Shown here: positions 13,867 through 26,594 of the stretch, piece after piece
Layout: every line of letters starts with the position of its first letter
Numbering within the stretch: the stretch's first letter is position 1
DNA from: Octopus vulgaris
Lineage: Eukaryota
Assembly (NCBI GenBank): GCA_951406725.2
Contig: OX597827.1
Span: 46,376,001-46,440,000, forward strand
Reading direction: 5' to 3'
Length of the DNA stretch: 64,000 nt
Position numbers and translations under genes: made by a program
Notes under the pieces: model-generated
Told to the model about the DNA's origin: nothing
The model's database searches: none
Seen by the model: the letters and a program-made list of their open reading frames with translations, nothing else

Positions 13867-13901
13867 GTTTCTGACGAAGAGCTCCGCTCGAAACGTTAAA
13901 C
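13867..13901 (+). ncRNA. Minimal type I hammerhead ribozyme
   Basis: GUUU-CUGACGA-A-GAGC-ucc-GCUC-GAAA-C-GUU|AAAC; self-complementary AACGUU stem III as in dimer-type Penelope HHRs. Confidence 0.75.
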
Positions 13902-13996
13902 CCTCCTTCTTTCCTTCTTTCCCGAGCGTCCAATAATACGATACTTGTTCCACGTCCCCGCGTTGTTGTTTTCTCTTTGTGTTTTCATGTTTGGAT

Positions 13997-14058
<62 letters not shown>

Positions 14059-14285
14059 GTTGGTGAGAAAACAGAAAAAACTACCTTTTATGAGCAATGT
14101 TCTCAGAAGTATTTGTTTAGCTTCGACTTGCAGACACTTCTTTACCACCACTTTTAACGTCAGAGATATGTGGAATCGGTGACTGGTCCGCTAATGTTCA
14201 CCAAATGTGAAATAAAATAAATGAAACTGAACTCTAGCAGTAGGCACAACAAAATACTCGTGCTTCTTTTTACATCCATCCGTCA

Positions 14286-14459
<174 letters not shown>

Positions 14460-14479
14460 TTAATATTAGAGATCATCAC

Positions 14480-14545
<66 letters not shown>

Positions 14546-15039
14546 TCATCATCATCATCATCATCATTCATCATCATCATCAACATCATCATCATATTCA
14601 TCATCATTATAGTCATCATTTATAAATAAATTTACGGATTATAGCTATCTTGTTTACAAAGCCATATTTTAAGAATTTCAATGTCTTGAGTTTCATCATT
14701 ACCATCAGCAGCATCAGCATCATAGGCTTAACGTACTCTTGTCTATGGTTGCATAGTTAACACGGAATTAGTTGACGCATATATTTCTACGGTCTGATAC
14801 CCTTTCTCTCATCAATATTCGTCTGTTTCTAAGCAAGAAAATATTTCCCCTTGACCAGACATGTTTGCATGCTTGTATGACGAAGAGGCCCGTTTATAAC
14901 TATCATGCAGTGACAAGGAGACACAAACGCATGCATACATACAAATACATTATATACATATAGAAACACACATACATATATACATACAAAAATATATATA
15001 CACATAAATGACTGTGTATAGAGTGATGTGATACTTTCT

Positions 15040-15290
15040 TTGTGACGGTTTTTCTTTTCCCATGGATCCTTCGAAAGAGATGTGGTATTCTGTATTTTTT
15101 TTCTGAAGGGGTTTAAAAGAGGCCATATTTTGATATAAACAACTCTTAAATGAGTTTTCAGTTAAGCCTATGTAAGAAAGTATACTACTGACTTTTCCTT
15201 CTTTGTTCTTTTGTTCATTTGCATTACCTGTTAACTGAATATTGCTAGGACATGCACAAATTTTGACGGCCATAATTATCCCCTCTTTGG
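15040..15290 (-). mobile_element. Penelope-like element GIY-YIG endonuclease remnant
   Basis: Minus ORF contains SYIGLTENSFKSCLYQNMASFK, resembling the YIGxTxxxFKxRxxxH motif. Confidence 0.6.
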
Positions 15291-15364
15291 TTTGTTTTAT
15301 ATGTGTTCACACACACACATGCGGTCATTAATTACCAAACAAAGGAATCATTATTTAAACTTAC

Positions 15365-15501
15365 CTTTCACCACTTGCACCAGGTGGGCACTGACATTCT
15401 CCCGTAAACGTGTCACACACGCCGCCGTTATAACAGCTACACACCTCCTTGCAGTTTTTACCGTAGCGGTTCTTCGGGCACGGTAGAGAACAAATATTTC
15501 C
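15365..15501 (-). CDS. MEGF10: Draper/MEGF10-like, coding exon 8
   Basis: ctgtag|GGA...GAA AG|gtaag; GNICSLPCPKNRYGKNCKEVCSCYNGGVCDTFTGECQCPPGASGER; phase 0/2. Confidence 0.93.
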
Positions 15502-16242
15502 CTACAGTGATATAAATGACATAATTATGATTTGTGACATAATTATGATTTGATAGCAAGCAGCGTTTTTTCCCGCGGTATTCCGTTAAATGCGGTTCGC
15601 CTTTAGATGTGTGATGGTGTACGAGTAAGAATGTATGAATAAATTATAGGGGATGTGTATGCACAATTGTGTATTAGTGTGTGTCTGTGTTGTGTTAGCA
15701 ATGATATAAGGTGTTATAGATAGATAATATTGATGTAGCAGCAATATACGCCATCTGGTGAGGCACTTTGTCCGTTGTGGGAACCCCCACATGCATTACG
15801 ACCATATGTGCGCGACGTGGTGGTCTCATATCAAGATAAACAGTGCATGATCTTGCAGGTAGGGCCCAAATGGAATTTTCTTCAGGTTGAGTAACTCATT
15901 CCAATCAAAACGTCCCTGAATAAGGTTTGTATAAGGATGATGAATGAAACATTCAATTTTCCTGAGGTGAATTATTCAAATCCCAAAGAATCCCTCTCAA
16001 CACATGGCTATGATGCTCTCCCACTACTTCTGCTTGTGGTTAGAGATGCAAATCCACAAAGGACATGCTCAACTGGTTAAGGTCAAACAACTAATAAATG
16101 GTATTGAGCAGAATATTTGCTGTAGCCCATCTTTTATACCAAGACAAAACAATGTACATGATAACACTTCCAATCAGTTAAGATCAGAAGCCATGAGGGC
16201 CACTGCATGGTACTGCATCAACGCATTGGAGGTTCCAGTGAG

Positions 16243-16296
<54 letters not shown>

Positions 16297-16361
16297 ATTG
16301 TTATTATTGTTGTTATTGTTGTTATTGTTGTTATTATTGTTATTATTATTATTACTATTAC

Positions 16362-16407
<46 letters not shown>

Positions 16408-16572
16408 GTTGTTGTTGTTGTTATTGTTGTTGTTGTTGTTGTTATTGTTGCTGCTGCTGTTGCTGTTGCTGTTGTTATTGGCAATAAGAGGTTAGGTACA
16501 ATAGGAGGAGCTAATACAAACACTGAAGGATTTACATCAACATATAAGACGAAATATATTCGTATTACTCAC

Positions 16573-16684
16573 AGTCCATCCTGGTGGACAGTCGCAGGAG
16601 CCATCATGGGGGTGACATATACCTCCATTGTGACATTTGCACTTAGACGAACAGTTCTCACCCTCCAGACAAACCTGATCACAC
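16573..16684 (-). CDS. MEGF10: Draper/MEGF10-like, coding exon 7
   Basis: tttcag|G TGT...TGG ACT|gtgagt; [37 protein letters not shown]; phase 2/0. Confidence 0.92.
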
Positions 16685-17925
16685 CTGAAATCAACCAAAG
16701 AATAATGATATATATTTTTTAAAGAGACAAATCAATATCTATAAGGCTGAAATGCGAAAAAGTTGTTTGATTTCTTGGTTATTTGTCTCATTTTGGGATG
16801 GGAACGGTTTAATGAGCAGTATATGGGGTTGGATTGGCGCCAAAATTTACACTGGGGGTAAAATGGGGTGGGCAATGGTGTGAGGAGGGTTGCAAGTCAC
16901 TCGGGGCTACCGATTGGTGAGGAATATGGGAAAAATTGAGTTTTATGGGATAGAATAATGGTGGCTTTTCGTGTTGCTGCAGGGACTAGAGGCGGTTATC
17001 TTTAATTGTGGGTGTAAAGATTTGGGGGATTTTGGAAAGGGGGGGGGGTAAAGAAGAGGGCAATAAAAAAGAACCAGGCAAAGACGAACAAAAGAAGAAA
17101 GGGAAAAGGAGACAACACGCACAAAACAACACCACCACCAAAACCCGAGCGAAGCACGAGTCAAAATAACTAGTTTTAATATAAAGGCAAAACTAATGTC
17201 AACGCACACCGTCATCATCAGTGTCATCGTTTTAACGTCTACTTTTCCGTGCTGGCACGGGTCCATCGAGATTTGTTGAAGCAGATTTTTTCGGCTGGGT
17301 GCTCTTCCTATCACCAACACTCGTCCGTTTCCAAGAAAGGTAATTATCCCCTATTTTCCCATCGGGAGACATTTTTCCACGGGAAATTGGAGACAGCCGA
17401 CACTGCTTTTACGACGGTGATGCTCGTTTACTACCATCATGTAATGTTAAGACAAGGAAAAACAAACACATGCAAAAAACATATCGACATATATACACAT
17501 ATCTATAAACGTATGTATGCGATGTGTTTCTTTTTTTGTCTATTTCCGTCAACCAGATCAACTCTCAAGGATTGACGCGAGACTATAATCGAAGACATTT
17601 GCTCAAAGTGCTTTGCAGTGAGATTGATCCCAAAGCCATGTGGTTGGAGAGTGAACTTCTTAATCGTGCAGCCATATCTGCGACTTAAGTAGTTCGTTAT
17701 ATCGAAATCAACACCCACCGGATGAAGAACCACTGTTGTGGCGACACGAAAAAGAAATAACGAATTCCCTTGAATGCATATGAAATTAATTTGAAATACA
17801 GAAAAAAGGATGGGTTAAAGCGTGCACTGACGTGAAATTTGAGTGCAGACACAGATGTAAAGATGTGTATGTCTTTATGCATGAATAGATAACCGTATAG
17901 TTATGCGCAAATAGAGTAAATAGAA

Positions 17926-17978
<53 letters not shown>

Positions 17979-18125
17979 TAAGAGAGTGGTCACTATATTG
18001 ATCACTCTAGCACCAGTTAATCCAAAAGGTTTCAACCACGAAAATACATGTTTCCCATGAAAGCCAGTACGACTGTTAGCTCACACGGACAGGGCAAATA
18101 AAAAATAACAAAAATACAGATTATT

Positions 18126-18201
18126 TTGGGACAATTGTTTCGCTATTAATGAATTAAATGTAATATTACTTACAATAATCCATTTGTAGCTCTTCAGCCA
18201 A
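18126..18201 (-). ncRNA. Type I hammerhead ribozyme (sense to host pre-mRNA)
   Basis: UUGG-CUGAAGA-GCUA...UAGC-GAAA-CAAUU-GUC|CCAA on the minus strand. Confidence 0.85.
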
Positions 18202-18658
18202 GACTATCTGGATGAAATCCACTCAATCACACGCCAGATTTTACCATAACGATAAATACGCGTGCGGTTCAATTGATTACATCGGACGTTATAATTCAAA
18301 TGCCCCAACCAACAGCGCGCCAAACTCACACGGAAAACAAATACAGCATTTAGAAATAAATGCAGCATAATTATAATTAATTAATAAGGGTGAGAGAATT
18401 AGATACTAATTTAATAGTATATTTATTCCACACCAAGTGGCCTAGTGCTACGAGAAACCTGGATTATTATAATATTTTATAACATATTATAATATTTTCA
18501 CAAAATAAATATAAGAGAGTGGTCACTATATTGATCACTCTAGCACCAGTTAATCCAAAAGGTTTCAACCACGAAAATACATGTTTCCCATGAAAGCCAG
18601 TACGACTGTTAGCTCACACGGACAGGGCAAATAAAAAATAACAAAAATACAGATTATT

Positions 18659-18734
18659 TTGGGACAATTGTTTCGCTATTAATGAATTAAATGTAATATT
18701 ACTTACAATAATCCATTTGTAGATCTTCAGCCAA
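18659..18734 (-). ncRNA. Type I hammerhead ribozyme, G10.1>U variant (probably impaired)
   Basis: Same as the 18126 copy except position 18723, which breaks the first stem II pair. Confidence 0.7.
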
Positions 18735-19331
18735 GACTATCTGGATGAAATCCACTAAATCACACGCCAGATTTTACCATAACGATAAATACGCGTGCGG
18801 TTCAATTGATTACATCGGACGTTATAATTCAAATGCCCCAACCAACAGCGCGCCAAACTCACACGGAAAACAAATACAGCATTTAGAAATAAATGCAGCA
18901 TAATTATAATTAATTAATAAGGGTGAGTCGTACTGGCTTTCATGGGAAACATGTATTTTCGTGGTTGAAACCTTTTGGATTAACTGGTGCTAGAGTGATC
19001 AATATAGTGACCACTCTCTTATATTTATTTTGTGAAAATATTATAATATGTTATAAAATATTATAATAATCCAGGTTTCTCGTAGCACTAGGCCACTTGG
19101 TGTGGAATAAATATACTATTAAATTAGTATCTAATTCTCTCACCCTTATTAATTAATTATAATTATGCTGCATTTATTTCTAAATGCTGTATTTGTTTTC
19201 CGTGTGAGTTTGGCGCGCTGTTGGTTGGGGCATTTGAATTATAACGTCCGATGTAATCAATTGAACCGCACGCGTATTTATCGTTATGGTAAAATCTGGC
19301 GTGTGATTGAGTGGATTTCATCCAGATAGTC

Positions 19332-19407
19332 TTGGCTGAAGAGCTACAAATGGATTATTGTAAGTAATATTACATTTAATTCATTAATAGCGAAACAATT
19401 GTCCCAA
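19332..19407 (+). ncRNA. Type I hammerhead ribozyme
   Basis: TTGG CTGAAGA GCTA...TAGC GAAA CAATT GTC|CCAA; predicted cut after 19403; stem I extended by CAGAT/ATCTG. Confidence 0.87.
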
Positions 19408-19864
19408 AATAATCTGTATTTTTGTTATTTTTTATTTGCCCTGTCCGTGTGAGCTAACAGTCGTACTGGCTTTCATGGGAAACATGTATTTTCGTGGTTG
19501 AAACCTTTTGGATTAACTGGTGCTAGAGTGATCAATATAGTGACCACTCTCTTATATTTATTTTGTGAAAATATTATAATATGTTATAAAATATTATAAT
19601 AATCCAGGTTTCTCGTAGCACTAGGCCACTTGGTGTGGAATAAATATACTATTAAATTAGTATCTAATTCTCTCACCCTTATTAATTAATTATAATTATG
19701 CTGCATTTATTTCTAAATGCTGTATTTGTTTTCCGTGTGAGTTTGGCGCGCTGTTGGTTGGGGCATTTGAATTATAACGTCCGATGTAATCAATTGAACC
19801 GCACGCGTATTTATCGTTATGGTAAAATCTGGCGTGTGATTGAGTGGATTTCATCCAGATAGTC

Positions 19865-19940
19865 TTGGCTGAAGAGCTACAAATGGATTATTGTAAGTAA
19901 TATTACATTTAATTCATTAATAGCGAAACAATTGTCCCAA
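19865..19940 (+). ncRNA. Type I hammerhead ribozyme
   Basis: Same motif, 533 bp downstream of the 19332 copy. Confidence 0.87.
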
Positions 19941-20238
19941 AATAATCTGTATTTTTGTTATTTTTTATTTGCCCTGTCCGTGTGAGCTAACAGTCGTACT
20001 GGCTTTCATGGGAAACATGTATTTTCGTGGTTGAAACCTTTTGGATTAACTGGTGCTAGAGTGATCAATATAGTGACCACTCTCTTATATTTATTTTGTG
20101 AAAATATTATAATATGTTATAAAATATTATAATAATCCAGGTTTCTCGTAGCACTAGGCCACTTGGTGTGGAATAAATATACTATTAAATTAGTATCTAA
20201 TTCTCTCACCCTTATTAATTAATTATATATATATATAT

Positions 20239-20305
<67 letters not shown>

Positions 20306-20421
20306 TAGATATAGATATAATTATAAGTTAAATAATGAGGGTAGAAATTAATATTATTAATATTAATTTAAACCAGTGGCTAGCATACTTAAAAAATCTC
20401 CGAGGACTATAAATTATATTA

Positions 20422-20817
20422 CATATATATAAAAGTGAGGTTGTGTGCTGTCTGTCTCCTACGATTTAGATTCCTAACTACTCCCACATTTTGCGGTGCA
20501 GTTTAACCAAAACCGGGTATCTTATAGTCGTGGTTCATATCGAGCCCTTCTGGGTATTAGCGCGCGTCTACGATGAGTCTACGATTTTAAAAAAATTTAC
20601 CATCAATTTTTCCCATTTTTAATGCATTTTTGACATGTATAAGGGAAGTAACTCTCTAAAAATTTATTATTAAATCTCAGAACGTAAAAAGCTACAGTAA
20701 CACCCCCCACCCTTTGTGGTTAGCCATATTGAGATGGCTATTATACTTTACATCTCTAAAAATGCTTATATAGTTATTTCCCTTACAAACCCGAGCAACG
20801 CCGGGTGAGACTGCTAG
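20422..20817 (+). mobile_element. Non-autonomous Helitron (ends shared with 163-679, different middle)
   Basis: 3' CCCGAGCAACGCCGGG...CTGCTAG|T; 5' ATATATATAAAAGTG...TGTCTGTCTCCTACGATTTAG. Confidence 0.75.
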
Positions 20818-20821
20818 TTAC

Positions 20822-21046
20822 ATATATAAATAAGAGGCATAGCCACCAAGATGGACTCCTAATATGCTAGAAGAAGAGGCCAAATCGCCTTACCACGAAG
20901 AATATCTTCTCAAAACATTTTTGGGAACATATTCTGGTGTTTGCTAAAATCTTTTGAGAACATATTCTTCGTGATAAGGCGTTTTAGCGTCTTCTTCTAG
21001 CATATTAGGAATCCACCTTAGTGGCTATTCCTTTTATTTATATATA
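20822..21046. repeat. Imperfect palindrome (Penelope-like inverted terminus)
   Basis: TAGCCAC...CCTAATATGCTAGAAGAAGA...CGAAGAATAT is mirrored by ATATTCTTCG...TCTTCTTCTAGCATATTAGG...GTGGCTA. Confidence 0.75.
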
Positions 21047-21127
21047 CATATATACATATATATGTATGTATGTATTTATGTATGTATGTATGTATGTATG
21101 TATATAGACACACACACACACAAATAC

Positions 21128-21169
<42 letters not shown>

Positions 21170-22367
21170 CCGTGCACGAGTTCCTGTGCAGTCACTTCGA
21201 TGGTACTTGTCGAATTCCTTATCGTATGCTGCATTACCAAATAGTAAGCCTGTTTAAATCAGCAAGCATCCCATGTTGCTAATATTTTTAAAAAGTTTTT
21301 ATCGTATTTTTCATCTTTTTCTGATTTTACTCTGCAGGGGATCCCTGTCTATTCTATATATAATTTCAGTAAATTGTCATCTTTTTCCAGGGATTAGTTT
21401 GTTGGTCACTTTGTTTTGCTTTTCCTATATTGCTACTTCTAATGCTACTACGCCTTAAGGATGCTTACTATGTTACTAATTCAGACAAGGTTATAATTTT
21501 TTTTTTCTAATCTAGTCTCTGCAACGTGAGATCAATTCATTTTGTTGAGCAAACATATTTGTTGAACAATTATGACATAATTTTCTGAACGGTACGGAAG
21601 GGGTGACACCCTATTATTATCCACTTTATATATTTTCTCCTGTCTACGACTGACTTTCAGGTGTTTTAACAACCGGCGCTTTGGAAGAGTCATCTCCAAC
21701 GCCTCAAAGCGCAGCCGACCGAAAAACTAGCGAAACACATACACTGTGTATGTGTGTTTGATACTGTTTAAAACATTCGAACTGCTACTAATTCATGTTT
21801 GAATTTATTCCTACGAATGCATCATTCGGGCATACCAGCTGATGGTTCTTTCGCCACTTTGCATATTCGATTTGTATCAGGTTTGTTCGGATACACGATG
21901 TTGGTAAGTTACAAAAATGTTAAAACATCCATGCATATCGCTCCTGAACGGAACTTGGCGTATTTTTGTCTCGCGTGTCTATGACTATGAATTCAGATAT
22001 TTTCACACCCACCGCTTTGAGAGGTTCATCTCCAACACCTCAAATTGGAGCCGACTGACAAACTAGCAAAGCACATATTACGTATGTGTGTTCGATATTG
22101 TTTATTTAAATTCATATTGCTATCCCTAAAATTGGTTGGCTTTACCATTATGTCCGGATTATCCTTTGTTCTTTGTTTTTTCGTTTCATGTGTTTTTTTT
22201 TTATCATCATTGTCTTGCTATGGTTCTTTTTGTTTTTCAAATCCGCTGTCGGCATTACAAGGATTCTTCTGGTTTTGTTTTTCGTAAATTTCATAAATTC
22301 ATCCTGCTGTTCTAAAATTGTCTATCTGTAAATTGATCTTCATTGGTCAATTTATTAAAATAATAAA

Positions 22368-22615
22368 TGCGCCCTTTTAAAGCCTAGCCAGGCTCATGGG
22401 CCCGGTTTCCCGGTTTCCATGGCGTATGTGTTCCCCAGCTGGATGGGACGCCAGTCCATCGCAGCGTTACTCATTTTTGCCAGCTGAGTGGACTGGAGCA
22501 ACGTGAAATGAAGTGTTTTGCTCAAGAACACAACGTGTCGTCCGGTCCAGGAATCGAAACCACAATCTTACGATCATGAAGCCGATACCCTAACCACTAA
22601 GCCACGCGCCTCCAC
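22368..22615 (-). mobile_element. tRNA-derived SINE, family C; relatives at 43590-43870, 57935-58230, 58558-58800
   Basis: Minus head GTGGAGGCGCGTGGCTTAGTGGTTAGGG...GGTTTCGATTCC (A/B boxes). Confidence 0.75.
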
Positions 22616-23009
22616 GGTCAATTTATTAGTCACCTTGAATTCGCTTGTCAATTATGTATATACAATGCTTACATGTATACACATATGCACACATTTATGC
22701 ACACACATGCACGTGCGAGTGTATGTCTCACCTGCACAAGCATAGAAATCTGAACGATAAAATGATGGTATTTTCATTATTTAACGTCCAGTTTTCCACG
22801 CTTGCATGGGTTAGACTGTATTTGTTAAGGCAGATATTCTACAGTCAAATGCACTTACTGTTGTCAACCATCTGTCTCGAAGCAAGTTTTGCCCCATGGC
22901 CAGACATGTTTTTGACGGGATACTGAAAACAAACAGCATTTCTTGAACGACAGTGATCCTTGTTTAAAACCATGATGTCCAGGCAAGAATACATACACTC
23001 TCACATATA

Positions 23010-23080
<71 letters not shown>

Positions 23081-23218
23081 TCATTCATTTGTTTTAGCCA
23101 TTTGACTGTAACCGGCTTCATTCAGCTTCCATCTACAAAATCCATTCACAAAATCCTACTATTGACCGGAGCAATAATAGGAAACACTTGCCAAAGTTGC
23201 CACGCATATGTGTTTGTT

Positions 23219-23266
<48 letters not shown>

Positions 23267-23489
23267 TTTGTATGTGTACATGTTGAAGAGTATGTACATG
23301 TTATCTTAATCCTTAATTTGTAACTAGGGTACAGGCTTATTGAAACGGAGTTTATCACGGTTTCCTTGGCCCATAAGCGACCAAGAGTACAACACCCCCA
23401 CTACCTGAATAAAACGCCATTCCATTGCAGGGCCAAGTTGCAGCTGTTGCTATTACTATTTTTTAGAGCAGAGTGGACCGAAATGTTAT

Positions 23490-24240
23490 CAAGATCCTGG
23501 TATTATATACTTTTCTCAAGGCATTTGCAATTCAGGAGGCAAGGTTTCATATTTCGATAATTGCATGTCTCTTTGCTCTACATTTGGTTGTAATAATTTT
23601 CGTGTTGGCTTTTTATGGCATCGGGCATGTTTTTCGATTAGCTGTTGCTTAATTTTGATTTTGTTGAATAGTGAATGGAATTTATAACTATTTGAGAAAC
23701 TTTTTTTCGATTAAGAAAAGGAAATATTTTGCAACACTTGTTTTTACACCAGCATTGTACGGTGGGTTATACCATATAATACTACTTTCACTGTGATTTT
23801 AAGGGTGATGGAACAATGCTGTTATAGAGCACTTTCGAAAAACTGCAAAATAATGTCTCACTGTAGTATTCTGCAGTCTTGTTGATAGTGATTTTGTCGG
23901 AAGATAAAGCACCTAACCTCTTGGTAATGCATATTAGTATATAGTCGATGACATTTGGTTGTTAATTAGATCGCATGTGTAAGTGCAATTGATCGCTACT
24001 AGCTTCTTAAAAATCCTGGTGTAATTCCCAGTTTAGTTTAAACTGAATATTCAACACAAACACTGTTGTGAGGTTAGCTCCAACTGTCACTCTCAAGCCA
24101 AATTTTTTGAATACTGTAATTATTCGTTTCTTAATGGTATCACATGTACACCTACTTGTACTGTTCGAAACCATGAGCCCAATATTTTTGTACAAGCCGT
24201 TAAAAGAAGTCACCATTCTACTGGACAAGAACCAATCTAC
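23490..24240 (-). mobile_element. Penelope-like element reverse-transcriptase remnant (degenerate)
   Basis: GLYKNIGL (decayed GLYRDDGL)...IKKRIITVFKKFGLRVTVGANLTTV; IIWYNPPYNAGVKT; Cys linker CLLNCKCLEKSIIYQ; many stops. Confidence 0.75.
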
Positions 24241-26594
24241 CTAATTTAGTCCAATAAAAGCTACATAAGATGACATCAATGTCGACCATTTCTAACTTCT
24301 TAATCCACAAAGAATTCTTGTTAAAAACAATGGATTTATTAGGCAGGCATAATAATCTGCAGGTCACGTCGTGCTATTTTCGTACTATTTTCTTATTACA
24401 CAATGGACGACTATCAGAAGGAGATTCTAACTTATAGAAAGCTCATAATAAATGACGTTGAATTTCATACATTTGCTTTTGTTATTATTTACGATGTCTG
24501 AATCGCGTGATGACTAACGTGATGTTGTCAACGTTTAATTTATCTGATTTTATTTTACTACGCGGCTTACACCATCTATAACTATTCAATTTCTTACCAA
24601 CTAGCTGACAAGTACAGTTCAGGTTTACGTAATTTTTATTCATGACGCACAAATTAACAAATATATGCGTGTAAGTTAGAGTGTGTTTGTGAGTATATTG
24701 TTATTAAGGAGGGCCACTCATTTCTAAAAATGATATATAAGTGTCTTGATCTCAAGTCATTTCTCATGAGAAAACAATGTGCTTATATTTTCTTTCGTAT
24801 ATCAAATCGTGCGGACACACACACAGACACATACAGACATATACACATGCACATACATGCGTGTATATAGAGACATACATAGAGAGAAAGAGAGAAATAG
24901 AAAGAGAGGAGAGAGAGAGAGAGAGAGAAAGAGAAAGCTAAGCAAAACAGAAGTGCTTCTTTATAAAGTATTTAGTTACATCATCTTACGCACGTTTCAT
25001 TTACAGTGAATAACAAATTAGTTATACAAAGAAAATCTTATAATCGAATTACATTGTCAAATCACTGTTTCCCTTTGGATCTTTACACATAGATTTTCTA
25101 AATACTGGTTTATTTCTCATCCATTTTAAACCTAAATTGCATTAAACATACACTCAAACACACACACACACACACACACACAAACTGACGTCTATTTTAC
25201 AATTAATTCCATCGACTCATTTTCTTATTCGCGTCGTTTTCTCCATATTTCAACGAGAGGTAAACATATTTACTTCTGTTCTTATTCTGGTTTAATGAAG
25301 TCCCAGGAAGAATAAACATGTGTTGTGCAATTAAATCCAAAAACATAGTCTTCAGGATACAGAAGTACCACCAATAAAGTAAAAACCTGCGCGCCACTTT
25401 TACGTTACACGTATTTGTTATTACAAAAGCATCTTTTAATACATGTATTCTTTGCTTATTCAGTAATTATGTAGAAGATTTAATTCTCTGCTGCGCACCA
25501 TGACCAAATAAAGGAGCCTTTTGCCAACATATCAAAGTAGGGAAAAAATTTTTTATTGTGTTTATAAACTACAAATTATATATATATATATATATATATA
25601 ATGTCGATCACCCTGTAATAATCAGATCGGCCTTACACGAAACTCGAAGTCATATGACATCGTATGATCTTCATTGAATTACAAAATGCACTCTCAAAAT
25701 ACAACCGATTACAAGCACACACATACACACGCGCATGCATGTATGTATGTATCTATGTATGTGTATATGAAATATGTCAACAGGAAATCAGCTTTTTTCA
25801 AACTTGTGTTTTTTTTGGGGGGGGGGCGGTTTTGATTAAATAAATAACTAGAAAGTCTTTGAACCAATTTAGCTTTGGCTCGTTCATATTCTCCAAACGT
25901 CTGTGAAATTCTAGTGAACGGAACAAATAGTAGTGTTCTTGATTAGATAAACGAAAGGAATAAAGGTTAACTACGGGGGTCTTCGGTTATACTTGTAGTA
26001 ATTACCTTCAGAGTCGTGAAGTTAGAAGATCACGTGTAAGTCGATAGATAAGTGAATGAGACAACATCTAGTTCAGTTCTTTTTAAAATGTTTCCAAAGA
26101 GTCCTTTCGTCTAATGCAAACAATTGCTTGACTCAGGCTTTACGGCGTTATATAAACTGAAAATTAAATCTCCTCTTGTGTACAACATCGCTGTTTCGCT
26201 CTTCACGCTTCGTTCTTCGCTTGATTTCTCAGATATTGTTCCCGTTTCTTCTACATTTTTACGTCTTTCTTGTCTTTTATCATTTCTTCTTTTTTCATTT
26301 TTTCTTTCTTGTGTTTTTTCATTTTCTTCGTTTCTTTCTTCCTTTCTTTCTTTCTTAATGCTTTTTTTTTGTTTATTTCGTTGGTATCGCCTCTTTTTCT
26401 ATCATCTATTATGCAGTTCACTTATTCTTTATTTTATTCCACTGACTCTATTCGTTTTTACATACATACACGCTCTTTCTCCCCCCCTCGTTTTCTTTCT
26501 TTCTTCTTTTCTTTTTTCTTCCTTTCTTCCTTTTTTGCCTTTCATTCTTTCCTTCTGAATCCTTCACATTCACACACCCATATAGATTATTTAG

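Larger units (their letters stand above)
17971..20226. mobile_element. Retrozyme/Penelope-pLTR-like array: 533-bp unit, about 1.8 forward plus 2.4 inverted copies, in (TA)n
   Basis: Period 533 (AGAGAGTGGT at 17981/18514; AGTCGTACT at 18926/19459/19992); inversion junction at 18926-18927; one HHR per full unit; no ORF in the track. Confidence 0.9.

Noticed and set aside
17971-20226. Array considered as CRISPR or simple satellite
   Set aside because: No repeat-spacer structure and the context is eukaryotic; fixed termini, inversion and HHRs point to a retro-mobile unit.
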